The notes: generated from the letters alone by a model not told the origin. A DNA stretch of 64,000 nt from Octopus vulgaris (GCA_951406725.2 OX597818.1:114700001-114764000), one strand, 5' to 3'. Counted from the stretch's first letter, positions 36,643-49,791 are shown. A program made the numbers and translations.

Positions 36643-37150
36643 AAGCTGTGTGGTGAGTAGCTTGTTTGTCAACCACATGGTTCTGGGTTCAGTCCCACTG
36701 CGTGGCACCTCGAGTAAATGTCTTCTACTATAGCCTCGGGCCAACCAGATCCTTGTGGGTGGATTTGGTAGACGGACGAAAACTGAAAGCACGTCGTACA
36801 TACATACACACACACACACACATATATATACATACATACATACATAATGCATACATACATGCATACATACATGCATACATACATACATATGTACATACAT
36901 ACATACATACATACATACTTACATACATATATGTATGTAGATATATGTTTGTGCACATGTTTGTGTGTCTGCATTTGTCCCTCCATCATTGTTTGACAAC
37001 CGATGCAGGTGTGTTTACGTCTCCGTAACTTAGCGGTTCTGCAAAAAAGACCGATAGAGTAAATACTAGGCTTACAAAGAATAAGTCCTGGGGCAGATTT
37101 GTTCGACTAAAGGCGTTGCTCCAGTTTGGCCACAGTCAAATAACTGAAAC
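36643..37150 (+). mobile_element. SINE family A with internal (CATA)n
   Basis: Full family A head and tail. Confidence 0.9.
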
Positions 37151-38004
37151 AAGTAAAAGAATAAAAGAATACTCTGTAGATAATTCCTGCCAATGGTTCC
37201 ACGATTTTCAAATTTGTATCTCGACATTTCGAAATTTCATTCTCTCCTTCTCACCCTCGAAGCAGAAATACGTAAGAACCATTTGTAGGAATTTGTTATC
37301 AGCATGATAAAAATGCAAATTTGCATTGAATTGTAGCTTCAAGAACAAAGAAATTTCAAACCAGTTTCAAAACTATCAAAATCGGCTGTGATCAAACAGA
37401 TTCAAGTTAATGCCATTCCAAACATTGCCAGATTCATTCTAGTCTAGCAGATTGTAAATGATCAACGAAGTATTTTCAAATCATCATTATTCTGAGATAT
37501 CAAATACCATCATTAACTCATTAGCGCTTTTTCGGAATTCTCTGGGGACTATTCTCAGATTGATTGCTTAATGGAACTTACAGTATGAGGCCTGACTTTT
37601 TTTTGGTTGTGCTGTTGTTTAGCACCAAATCAGCTGTGATTCAGCCGGAATCATGTTTAATTTTACTTTTGCAAACAGTGGATGACATTATCAAATCAAT
37701 TCTACATCATTCTTAAATGCAAGACAGTGGCTTGGGGCAAATTCTGTTCATAGTTCTAGCAGAGGGTGTAACCGCATGGAGATTTCCTCGCTGTGCGGTA
37801 TTATTCTTTTCGCATAAAACTGCCGAATCTATAATACGATACAAACTGGTGATATGGTTAGTTATTCAGCCGCTGCAAATATAACACATTGTGTACAGGA
37901 TATAAATACAATACTGGTAACGTTAGGGTATAAGAAAACCGTAACGTTTCACATAAGTAATCTGTATATGTTACTTACCGTTGTTATACTATAGAAATCT
38001 CGCC

Positions 38005-38126
38005 GTACCCCGTCGGTTACAACAACGAGGGAACACCTGCTCGTGAAATTAACGTGAAAATGGATAAGCACTCCACAGACACTTGTACCCTAAATATAGT
38101 TCTCAGGGAGATTCAGTGTGACACAG
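38005..38126 (-). mobile_element. SINE family C 3' fragment, abutting an oppositely oriented copy
   Basis: CCGTCGGTTAC..CTCGTGAAATTAACGTG..GATTCAGTGTGACACAG. Confidence 0.8.
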
Positions 38127-38495
38127 TGGCCCAGTGGTTAGAGCAGCGGACTCGCGGTCGTAGGATCGCGGTTTCAATTCCTAGACTGGGCGTTGTGAGT
38201 GTTTATTGAGCGAAAACACCTACAACTCTACGAAGCTCCAACAGTGGGGGTGGCGAACCCTGCTATACTCGTTCACCATAACTTTCTCTCACTATTTCTT
38301 CCTGCTTCTGTTGTACGTGTATTTCAAAGGACCAGCCTTGTCACACTCTGTGTCACGCTGAATCTCCCCGACAACTATGTTAGGGGTACGCGTGTTTCTG
38401 GAGTACTCAACTACATGCACGTTAATTTCACGAGCATGTTTTTCCGTTAATCGGATGAACTGGAACGCTCGTCGACGCAAGCGACGGAGTGCCAC
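38127..38495 (+). mobile_element. SINE family C (tRNA-derived)
   Basis: A-box TGGCCCAGTGGTTAG, B-box-like GGTTTCAATTCC; tail GACGGAGTGCCA. Confidence 0.9.
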
Positions 38496-39246
38496 ATTAT
38501 ATCCTAGTTAAGTAAAATGTACAGAATGCAATTTTGAAATAATACTACTTTCGTCGCCAATAATGAACTTATGACAATATTATTCTTTAAAATAAGGAAG
38601 CTAGGCTAACTGAAAATAAAGAAAGAGAAAGAATAAAGAAAACTAAACAATCCACGGCAAAACTTAACGCTCTCTCCTTAAGCTTATTGAGCAACAACGT
38701 GCTGTAATTGCTCGTGGAATATATCTGAGCAAACCATACTTCTTCGATAAGACCCTCCGTCTTCTCTTCAAGAACTTAATAGTCAGATATGAGTTATAAA
38801 TCGTCGAGCTTGTTTCGCTTCTATTTCCACTGATTTTTTAAACATTTTACCTGCTACTGGCCCTCCCCACTCAACCAACTCTATCTCACAATTTTATCAG
38901 TGGCCAGCATATAAAAACAGACCAACAAAGGTGAAATTATTTATATGATTATAATTAAGGGCATAGAAAGCAATTTTCTAGCCTATATGCTGAATAATAG
39001 ACGCGGAATCAGCTCACCACTTAATAAGTCATAAAGATACACACATGTTGAAATTGAAGCAGTAAGCTAACGGAAATTAATAACAATATAAATAGCCCTG
39101 CATTAGCTAATTTCTGGATTTGGCCAATGGGTTTTCCTTCTTCAACACGAGTGTATCTTGGTAACTTTTTAAGTGCTGAGACGATTTAGCGTCTATTTTT
39201 CAACAAATAGGCTAGAAAATTGTTTTTTTGTGAGCTTCATTATAAT

Positions 39247-39418
<172 letters not shown>

Positions 39419-39782
39419 TATGCATGTATGTATTAACATTTTATGCATAATTGTATGGGCGGGAAAAATCAAAAATTGACGATCAGCACTGATTTTCTCT
39501 CGGGGCTTGACTGATCATTCCTGAAAATACACCTAGAGGCAAAACTCGATGTTGACTGTTAAACCAGAACATTACGGCATCCGATGTACCCAAAACGTTC
39601 AATTGTATATGACGAAATAAGAAATATACATAGTTATAAAACTTATAACTCTTAGATGGCTATATATTTAGTATATATTCATTAAGTTGAAGGTCAATAT
39701 TACTTTTTGGTATTAATACTAATTCTGCGCTATTAATTAATTAATTAATTATATATATATATATGTATACATGTATGTATAT

Positions 39783-39978
39783 AGGCTAGCCACTACACAT
39801 TCTTTAGTTTCTCTCTTTATTTTCTCTACTTGTTTCTTTGTGTGTTCCTTTCTGTGGAAGAGCGTAGGCTCGAAACGTTAAAGACGTTTTCACTTCCCGA
39901 GCATTATACTAATACATCTGTTTGTTGTCTTCACCACCTGTTTTCGTCTTTTGTTTTTTGTTTGTGAATTCCCCCACT
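39783..39978 (+). mobile_element. ~195-bp (TA)n-embedded element with a variant minimal hammerhead (39848-39883)
   Basis: CTTT-CTGTGGA-A-GAGC-GTAG-GCTC-GAAACGTT-AAAG; its 3' end resembles the reverse complement of 21985-22040. Confidence 0.65.
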
Positions 39979-41282
39979 ATATATATATATATCGTACTAT
40001 ATTATATTATATTGTATTGTGTTCTATATTACGATGACAACCACGCTTGATAATGCAACTAAATGAATATTTACTCGGAAATTACATTTTTGTTTTCTCT
40101 TTATGTAATAAGTTAGACCAAAATCATATTTTATCACAGTAACCGATGAAATTAGCTCATATAGTTTACTATTTTCTTTATCGTCTCCCACATTAAACTG
40201 CCAACCAATACAGCATGCCATTGGTAGAATTAGAGAACTGGAGCGCAGAACATAAACTAAACAATATATTTAAAGTATCCGCTCGACTTTTATGATAATA
40301 GTGGAAAATGTTCTGAGATTTATGTTGGTTATAACAATAGGAAAAGCTTTTATGGACTATAGAATATATCTCTGGATGTTTACCTAATACTTTGTCTAGA
40401 GATAGACGTAAATCCCTTCTTTTATATATGATGTTATGAAGGGTGTCCAACGAGTGATCAACCAGATTAGATTCAAATCCGTGTTGGAGTTTTATGAGCG
40501 TTGATGTACTTATGTAACCGGATGTAAATTTGATATAACTAAATAATAATCATAAAACTGCTTCTGCAAGGCTATCATGGCTTTAAATATTAATGTAAGC
40601 AAACAGAGCAATGATGAAATATCATTGTTAAATTTTAAATTAATTATGAGATGCATAAGTGTCTTCTATTATAACCCCGAGAAGACCAAAGCATTGGGAG
40701 TGGATTTACTTCAAAGCAGTAATCCAAGATGGCTGCAATCAAATGATTGAAACGCGTAAAATATATTTTTTAAAAATTGGATACTGAAGACGGAAAGTCT
40801 AAACAACGAATAAATTATGGACTAATGGGTGAAGAATCTATTTGGTTTCAAGTATGAGATTCTAGGTAAATGAGGGGGCGTGCTCTAGTGGCTACGGTGT
40901 TGCGTGTAATCGAGTCGTTAAGGTTTCGATTCCCAGGCGGAGCGGCGCGTTGTGTTCTTAAGTAGGACACTCTATTTCAACTTACTCCAGTCCCCTCAGC
41001 TGTAAATAAGAAACGCTACAATTGAATGGTATCCCGTTCAGGATAAGGATTGTGATCTCAGTCGCTTATTTGCCTTGAAAACAGGGGGTAACGAGCAAAA
41101 TGAGTGATGCGACCCGAAGACAGTGATATGTCCACGAGAATACTTGTTCTCAAAAAGCAAAAGCATTAAAGAATTGCATATCACTTTACTGCTCTTAATA
41201 CCGATAATATGAATTCTGTTCTTTTCGATTTTTTTTTCTCTAAGTTCTTTTATTCGTTTTTTTTTTACTGTATGTTCATTCC

Positions 41283-41315
<33 letters not shown>

Positions 41316-41523
41316 CAATATGTGACCGCGTGTGTATCGTTGGCGATTTTCTTTCTCCGTCTTCCCTTCCTTAGACCTTTCCTATTTTTATATTTCTGAC
41401 TGAGAGCTCCGTTCGAAGCGTTAAATCCTCCTTCTTTCTTTCCTTTGCTGAGCGTCCAATAACACTATACTTGTTCCACGTCCTCGCGTTGTTGTTTTCT
41501 TTTTGTTCATGTTTGGATTAACT
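41316..41523 (+). mobile_element. Decayed copy of the 23154-23348 hammerhead mini-element
   Basis: CTGAGCGTCCAATAACACTATACTTGTTCCACGTCCTCGCGTTGTTG matches the first copy; core mutated to CTGACTGA...GAAGCGTT. Confidence 0.85.
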
Positions 41524-41794
41524 ATATATATATATATATATATATACATGACAATTTCTAATTCTGAGTTATGTTAACATACTGCTTGGCGAAGTCTAAT
41601 GCTTTCAGGAGTAAAGGCCGAGATATTGACGGGTAAAAGCTGAACCAATCTTTGGTTGAAACATATCTAAGTTTATCTAAGTTTAATATCAGACTGCGTA
41701 AATTCGTAGTTATGCTTATGGATGATCCCTTTAAACCAATCTATTACTGACTTAACTATGTTTCCAAATTCGTAAATTTTATATATATATATAG

Positions 41795-41933
41795 TTCCTG
41801 TCTACTAAATTCATTCACAAAGCTTTGGTAGGCCCGAGGCTATAGTAAGACACCTGCCCAAGGTGACACACTGTGGAATTAAACTCATGTGGTTGGGAAG
41901 CAAGCTTCTTACCACACAGCCACTCCTGCGCCT
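41795..41933 (-). mobile_element. SINE family A 5' half
   Basis: TTACCACACAGCCACTCCTGCGCC is the reverse complement of the head. Confidence 0.85.
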
Positions 41934-42738
41934 ATATTTACACATACACACACACACACGCACACACATAAACGCATATATATATATACATATATATATG
42001 TGTGAATATATATATATATATATATGCACATACACGCGCACACACACACCTATATATATAACATAATACTATATATATATATATGAATCGATAGCATACT
42101 TTTCACTTTCAGAAGCTGTGTATATAGAAAAGTCTCTGAAGAAAAAATTTTCAGAAAAAGTAATTACATAACACCTCGGGCCTATTATGTAGCGAAGCGG
42201 GAAGAATTACAGCATTAAAACTGCATGGAATATATAAACAAATTACAAACATTGTTTGGACCACATTAACAGGTTGCTTTAACAACACTCTAACCCAGGG
42301 TCTGTGTAGAAATATAGAAAATATTGAAAAAAAAAACCCAAAACAAGAGGAAGCCTCTAATATTCTGCTGCGGGATGTTTTCGATATAGAAAGTAAAGAA
42401 AATTTTGTGCGGCAGTTGAAAACTAAGGTTTCGCAGAGTCACGTGCCCTTGTTCGGGAGGGTGGAGCTTTATGCTCCCAAGGAAGACGACTCGGTAAAAG
42501 ACTTCTTCGATCGCTACTACTACTACTGCTACTACGGCTACTGCTGCTGCTGCTGCTGTTTGATGCTCCAGTTGTCTTTGTAAACTGTGTTGTGCCGTTG
42601 CTCAGTTAAAAGGTAGTCTTAACCCCTTCCATGCGAAAATGTTTCATTTTGGAATCTATATTTTTTCTCCGTTTTACTAAGAATGAATTTTTTTTGTCTA
42701 TTTCTGAAGACTTTATAGTATGTAATAGTTTTTTTAAT

Positions 42739-43015
<277 letters not shown>

Positions 43016-43459
43016 ACCTCTTTCTCCCCTCTCAATACATGTATATTATGTTCAACAAAACCTATTCGGGCAATAATACAATATCTCTGAATTCTGACCA
43101 TTTCATCTGCTTGTTTCCTTGCATTCACCTTTATCAAAGTTTCATCAAACAACTTCTAGAAGCGACGGGGAACCATTGTAGTGACGCTACCATCAATTAT
43201 TTTTGCTGGTATCGCTGTGAAGTTAAACTACGGAGTGTGTTGCATAGGGTTGCTTTCGTCAGATATATCAAGACGATACCATTGCCTACCGCTTTCGAAA
43301 TTCCCAGAATCTTCATCGAGGGAGACGGTGCAGCTCTCTGAAGATATGTCATTAGAGTTTTCGAGAAGGCGGCGAGCTGACAGAATCGATCAAATCGATT
43401 GGCTTCCTCCCAAAAGATTTTGGGCCTTGTGCCTAGAGTAGAAAAGACTATTTCTTAAG

Positions 43460-43806
43460 GCAGCGTGTTACATATCCCAGGTCCCTAATAATTACAGATA
43501 TAAACCTGAACTTGTAATCTGGATAGAGTAACTGCAGATTTCTCAATAGTTCAGCATAGGTGTTCTCTTCTTAATTGATGCTCAGCTTTATGTTAACATC
43601 CGCTCGGTAGCTAATTTGCACAACTGCTCAGTTTCTCTTCACTGACCCAAATCCTTATATCAGCTCTGTTGTGCTTACATCATCTTCAGGTCTTCAGTGG
43701 TACATTCCACCAGTATTCCTTTCCATTATTAGTGGTTATAGCTTCTACCATATTGTGGGTTTTTATTTCTTTGTCCTCGGGATTATCCTTCCGACGGATT
43801 TCATAA
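43460..43806 (-). mobile_element. RLE-type non-LTR retrotransposon remnant (endonuclease domain, R4/Dong-like)
   Basis: Hand translation on minus: EYWWNVPLKT*..KHNRADIRIW..(fs)VVQISYRADVNIKLSIN*EENTYAELLRNLQLLYPDYKFRFISVIIRDLGYV, matching the HNRPDI..EIS...K..Y..L...P.IIG.LG pattern. Confidence 0.7.
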
Positions 43807-44485
43807 TGTATGTACGTATGTATTTATGTATTTGTTTTGTAATATTTCATATAAGTGAGCTGTGGTTCCATTTGTTTGACATTCCTGATCCTCAAACCTC
43901 CGATACAAATGTGGATCTTTTCGTCTCGTTTATAAATATGAATACTTAAGCCTCATTTGTTCATCCGAGTGCCTTACTTTTATACGAGTCATTATACCTG
44001 CTGTATAAACTGTACCTTTGTAAAGATAAACAAAGAAAGTATGGTCAAACAATATTAATAATATCTACATCAATAGCAATCATCCATCAAATGGAGTCAA
44101 TTTTGTGTTAGACTATATAGCTTAGAGAAGTAAGTTATATATAAATGTATGTGTAAAATAGCAATTTCCGCTTTCTGTTATATCTTTGTATTTTCATTTA
44201 CTTTGAATCCGTATTCAGTAACATCTGTGTTTTTAGAGTATTATTATGTATCTTTTTGTCTCATCATCGAATGTCGGAAAGCTTTTCAAGTAGAAAATCG
44301 TAGGGTTTGACAGGCGAGTTCCTGAGTGATATTTCATGTCGATTACATTTCAACAAAACCTGCATTGCATTGTCATTGATTGATGCTTCGGGTCAGCAGC
44401 TACACTGCTTAGTATTTCCATCAATATGTCTCTGTACGGGTTATATGTACGTCTCTATTTTTATATATGTATACGAGTATGTATG

Positions 44486-44521
<36 letters not shown>

Positions 44522-44739
44522 AGTACGTAGGTATGTATGTGTATGTATGTATATATGTAAGTACGTATATATGTAGTTATGTATATATATATATACGTAA
44601 GTACGTACGTATGTAGGTAGATATGTACTTATGTACGTATCAATTTCTATGTACGTATGTCTGTACATGTCTGTGTGTATTCGTGAGTGTGTGTGTGTGT
44701 GTTTTGCTTTTAATCAAAGAGCGGGCCACGCAGCGAGAG

Positions 44740-44776
<37 letters not shown>

Positions 44777-44940
44777 AATTATTAGAATACAAGTAAATAT
44801 TTTTCTCTATCAAATTTACTATTTACAAACAATTTACAAGCTTTGCATGCATTCTCATGCATACCTACATATATGTACACAGGTAAATCTAATATGTAGT
44901 TTTAAAAGCATGCAAACATGCATGTACATAAATATATATA

Positions 44941-45115
44941 TACATTATTTACATTTTACGAATATTTGTCCTCATCTTGTTTGTTGTTAACACAACATTT
45001 CGGCTAATATATCCTCCCGCTTTCATCAGGTGTCTTGAGGAAATTTCGAACCTGAGTTTGTTGTGCTAACAACAAACAAGATGAGGATAAATATTCGTCA
45101 AATGTAAATAATGTA
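44941..45115. repeat. Fold-back repeat (44941-44996 / 45060-45115) around a hammerhead; Penelope-like inverted pLTR remnant
   Basis: ~56-bp arms ..TCCTCATCTTGTTTGTTGTTAACACAAC / GTTGTGCTAACAACAAACAAGATGAGGA.. Confidence 0.85.
44989..45034 (-). ncRNA. Minimal hammerhead ribozyme, slightly decayed
   Basis: GACAC-CUGAUGA-AAGCGGGAGGAUAUAUUAGCC-GAAAUGUU-GUGUU; stem I GACAC/GUGUU; stem II weak. Confidence 0.55.
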
Positions 45116-45187
45116 AATAATGTACATAATTCCTCATCTCAAATATAGAACAGTAATACATATATCTGTTGTAAACTTACTCATAGC

Positions 45188-45352
45188 GGAGGTGCAATGG
45201 CCCAGTGGTTAGAGCAGTCGATTAGATCGTCCCCAGTACGCAATTGGTACTTAATTTATCGATCTCGAAAGGATGAAAGGCAAAGTCGACCTCGGCGGAA
45301 TTTGAACTCAGAACGTAGCGGCAGACGAAATAACGCTAAGCATTTCGCCAGG
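45188..45352. mobile_element. Chimera: SINE C head (+) fused to SINE B body (-)
   Basis: GGAGGTGCAATGGCCCAGTGGTTAGAGCAG then TCGATTAGATCG..GAAAGGATGAAAGGCAAAGTCGACCTCGGCGG. Confidence 0.8.
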
Positions 45353-45361
45353 TGCCGGAAG

Positions 45362-45650
45362 GACCCAGTATTATAACAGCTTAGGGAACAATACTCGTTA
45401 CAATTTTTCCCTACTCTGCCAGATGACCTCAGAGATCTGCGAGGAGTAAATGAGGAGGTTTTAAAAGAATGTTTGGGTAAATGTGTTATCTAAGTGACCA
45501 GATAAACCCACATCACAATGAAGAGTAATCCTGTTCATCTTATTACTTCACCAAAAACAAATACGAATAGAAGAAAGAAGAGTGTGAAATTAAAACCCGG
45601 TGGTACTCCAGCGTGGCCATAGCCTATAGATTTAAACAGGAAACGAAGTA
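45362..45650 (+). mobile_element. CR1/L2-like LINE 3' end, decayed
   Basis: Similar to the reverse complement of 21040-21340 (ACTTCACCAAAAACAA; GGTGGTACTCCAGCGTGGCC tail). Confidence 0.65.
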
Positions 45651-47064
45651 AATAAATGCTACCACACCGTTCATGTTTCGAATACTTCTATTCAGAGAAA
45701 CCTCTGCTACAGTTATATGCCGAAATAACGGTGGAACTAGCACTAAACAAACGTAAAGGATTTTATAGTAAAGTCTATTTGCCAACGCAAAGTGGCAGTC
45801 CTTCGTAGGACGATATTACTACTTTTTAACCCCAGGAAAATATATTTTTCAGCTGGCTACCGACACATGATCTGTGTCCGTATAGAATTTACTGTACAGT
45901 ACAGTTACTATATATTTATCGCTCTAGTTTTTTTTTTAAACTTTTTATTTCTTAGTCAGTAGTGCGGAAATTTAGAACCTTTTGGAGAATAAATAACTGA
46001 GACATTATCCAGTTTACAAACATATTATTACGAAATAAAATAGTATTAGTTACTATTTATAAATATTGCGGGGAATTATTCTACTTAGCAAAAGAAGAGA
46101 TTGTGTGAAGAAAGAGTTCTCCCGCCGATGATCGAAGCTATCTACATAGATTCCAAAAGATAAATGCATGTTCGCAAAGATTTGTTTGTGTAAAATTGAA
46201 ACATTTTAACTTGATGGAAATCTCTTAATACATATGAATTTGCAACAAATACGAATGTCGTAATTATCATTTTCCTTCTCTGCGCGACCCCTAAAATTCT
46301 CGGCCATCAAGCACGTAAAATAAAATCAAGAAATTCAGTAGGGGTTACATAACTTCCTTGAATTCACAAGAATCATTCAGGACAGATTGTACAGGCTGAA
46401 AGCAAAGGATTATCGCCTGTGATGCTGTTGTAGGTTTTCACTGCGAGCGAGGACGCTCTACATTATTTCAGTGTAATAGAAGATTTTGAGGTATTAATAC
46501 CTTACACAAGAGCATTAGTGGATTGAAAGATTTAATCCGTATTGACATGATGATCTAGGCATGGAAAATGCAAAGCACTTTTTTCTTTTCCATTTCATCG
46601 GCGGTGCAATCCAAGCAGTGTAATATATTGATTATATTTCTGGTGACGAGTCGGAACTAACAGCATTAGTTCTGGGTCTTAGTGCAACAAAGCAATTATT
46701 TTCAAAGGGTTGACATGATACAGTGCGAACATTAATCATAAAATACATCGGTTCCTATATAGATATATATGTATGTACTTGTATGTAAATATATTTATAC
46801 ATGGAGACGCGCATCCATGGGCATGTATGCGTGTGTATGTGTGAGTGGTTATGTTTGTGTGAGCGAATTTAATTTTGTTGGTGTGTGTATATGAGTGATT
46901 TCTGTATCAAGCAAAGAGGAAGGAATAACGATTCTAACAGAGGATTGCCAATCAAAAAAGATAAAAAAAACTGAAGCTGTCGTGTTGAACTTCCAATCCG
47001 ATATTGAGATCAAAAATGTTCGCTCCTGCCTTTTCTCACACAAAAGCAAAGAGAACACGCCTTC

Positions 47065-47160
<96 letters not shown>

Positions 47161-47514
47161 CACACACACAAACACACACACACTCACATCTTTGCAATGC
47201 ATGGCCAAGCATTTGCGATGTTTGCCTTACATTCATAATTTCGGTTCGATTCCTGGACAGAACGAAGCACCGTTCTTAAACAAGTCATTTCATATCACGT
47301 TGCCCCAGCATACACAGCACCAATTACATACCAGTGAAGTGTTGGTGTAACCCTTTCTCACTTCCCCTGCTACTGCTGATAACTTAATAATCAAAACAAC
47401 AAACATACAGCAAAATAATGTTATCTGCAAACTGGTTATACTCGTTGACATGTGGCGGGTAGGTATCTATCTCTCTATCTATCTGCATATATATGTGTCT
47501 ACATACACATACAC

Positions 47515-48000
47515 TTCGATACTTTGATAGATTTCGGCCAGTATTGGCTAAGACCATGTCTAACTTAATAGCACCACCTGGCGAAGTCAGGAATCGGACA
47601 ACATGGCCCACTCCAGGAGTTATTGTTTACGGAGACATATCCGGGTGTAGGAGGTTCATCCAGGATTTTTTGAAGGAATTCGTCTAAAGATTTCTTGAAC
47701 TTTATGGGGTCTGTTTCTGCTTTAATGTGTTTTGGTGTAATGTTAAGGAGAGCGGGGCCAATTGAGGTGAAATAATTGTGCTGTATTGTTGTTATGAAAT
47801 GCGAGTATGATTTACGGTGAGGGCGGATAGCACGAGGCCCAAGCCTTGGGTGTATCTTAAAAGCGATGCTACCATCATTTGAGCAAAGCTGATGGAATAT
47901 TTTTCACATCATGGAGATGATGTAGCTCGCACGGTGGATTTTGAGAGAATAAAGCTTGAGCTTTTCCAGTCGACCTCAATAGTCAAGGCTTCTCATGCTG
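47515..48000 (-). mobile_element. CR1-like LINE 3' end, second subfamily
   Basis: Minus translation HPRLGPRAIRP..HNYFTSIGPALLNITPKHIKAETDPIKFKKSLDEFLQKILDEPPTPGYVSVNNNS. Confidence 0.75.
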
Positions 48001-48052
48001 CCATCTATCAGTCTTTATATATATGTGCGTGTGTGAGTGTGGGTATATATAC

Positions 48053-48107
<55 letters not shown>

Positions 48108-48109
<2 letters not shown>

Positions 48110-48403
48110 GCAGGCGTGGCTGTGTGGTAACAAGCGTGCTTCCCAGCCACATGGTTCCGGGTTCAGTCCCACTGCATGGCAGCTTGGGCAAGTGTCTTCT
48201 ACTATAGCTTCGGTCTGACCAAAGCCTTGTGAGTGGATTTGGTAAACGGAAACTGAAAAGAAGCCCGTTGTATATTTATATATACTATATATATCTGTGT
48301 CGGCCCGAGGCTATGGTAGAAGACACTTGCCAGAGGTGCCACGTAGTGGAACTGAACTCTGAACCATGTGGTTGGGAAGCAAGCTCCGTACCACACAGCC
48401 ACG
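48108..48403. mobile_element. Two SINE A 5' halves in inverted orientation (48108-48270 +, 48300-48403 -)
   Basis: CGTGGCTGTGTGGTA...CTATAGC and GCTATGGTAGAAGACACTTGCC...TACCACACAGCCACG. Confidence 0.85.
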
Positions 48404-48899
48404 CAACGATAAATTATCATGATATATTAAATATTTTATGATATAGGTGACTATATCAATTAAGAACCAGAAAGGTAGAATACATGAAAAAGGGTCCAAA
48501 TAATACCTGCTAGAAATAACAGCTAAAAAATTCGTGTGTGTACAGAGAGAGAGAAACAAAATGGAGGGATCAATTCCTAATTGCATTTTATTTATTTCCC
48601 CACATCTTTGATTTCCTGATTTTGTCCGAATCCTTATCTTGCCTGTGTCCCTTCTAAATCATGAACAAGCACGAAGCGAGGTTTGTCTTGAAATTCCGAA
48701 CCTAATCTCACTGGATTGGTTTCTAGAATCTTGTACTGAAAACTGCTATCACTGTATATACGTTCCTTGCTTTTATTTATTTAATTTGGTACAAACCCTA
48801 AAGGGTGTTCTTGACTTCGTATCGCAATGATAATGTCAGTTAATTGGAAATGGTTCTCTGCGATATTTTACATGTATATCAGAATTATCCTGCGAGCGT

Positions 48900-48975
48900 G
48901 GGTGTGCGTGCGTGTGCGCGCACACACGTATATATGTATATGCATAAAAATATATATATGTATATCTATAAAAAT

Positions 48976-49030
<55 letters not shown>

Positions 49031-49098
49031 CATATAATTATATATATACATGCACGCGTGCATGTGTATATACATTCATACTTATGAATATTTATATA

Positions 49099-49155
<57 letters not shown>

Positions 49156-49166
49156 CATATATACAC

Positions 49167-49234
<68 letters not shown>

Positions 49235-49300
49235 ACAGAGAGAGGGGGAGAGAAGCAGAGAAAGGGGGAGGGAGAGAGAGAGAGACAAATATATATAGAT
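48900..49300. repeat. (TA)/(CA)/(GA) microsatellite block
   Basis: Directly visible. Confidence 0.9.
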
Positions 49301-49736
49301 ATATGTACATATAATGTGAAAGAAATACACGCACCCAACCCTACATATATAAGTATATATGCGTTTTCATATACGCACCATACACACACATGTACACACG
49401 CGTATATATATTAGTATGATTTCTTGTGTTTGAGTGTGTACGCGTGCAGTTAAAGGTATAGACATGCAGTGAGGGAAAGGACAAAGGAAACGAGAAAGAG
49501 AAAGAGAGGGAGTGATTCATTGTGAAGAAGAATTTAAGAGTAGCTGGAAGGCAGAGTCAGCGTAGTGCAATATATCGGAGAATGATAGGATTTTCAAGTG
49601 AGATGCTGTGTCATCTAGACATTACTCTATCAACAAGATAATCTATCCTTATCTCCAGGGATGGAAGAGATCAACCGGATTATTACGTGTGTCTTGAGGT
49701 GTAATGCATGTGCTTGCGTGTGCATGTGTACGTTTG

Positions 49737-49791
<55 letters not shown>

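Noticed and set aside
38127-38200. tRNA-like sequences at SINE heads (also 50457, 33413, 45188)
   Set aside because: They have A/B boxes but no complete cloverleaf and continue into SINE bodies.
42437-42493. Possible phase-1 exon (TTTCGCAG acceptor, G|GTAAAA donor)
   Set aside because: Weak polypyrimidine tract and donor; the peptide does not continue the coiled-coil character.
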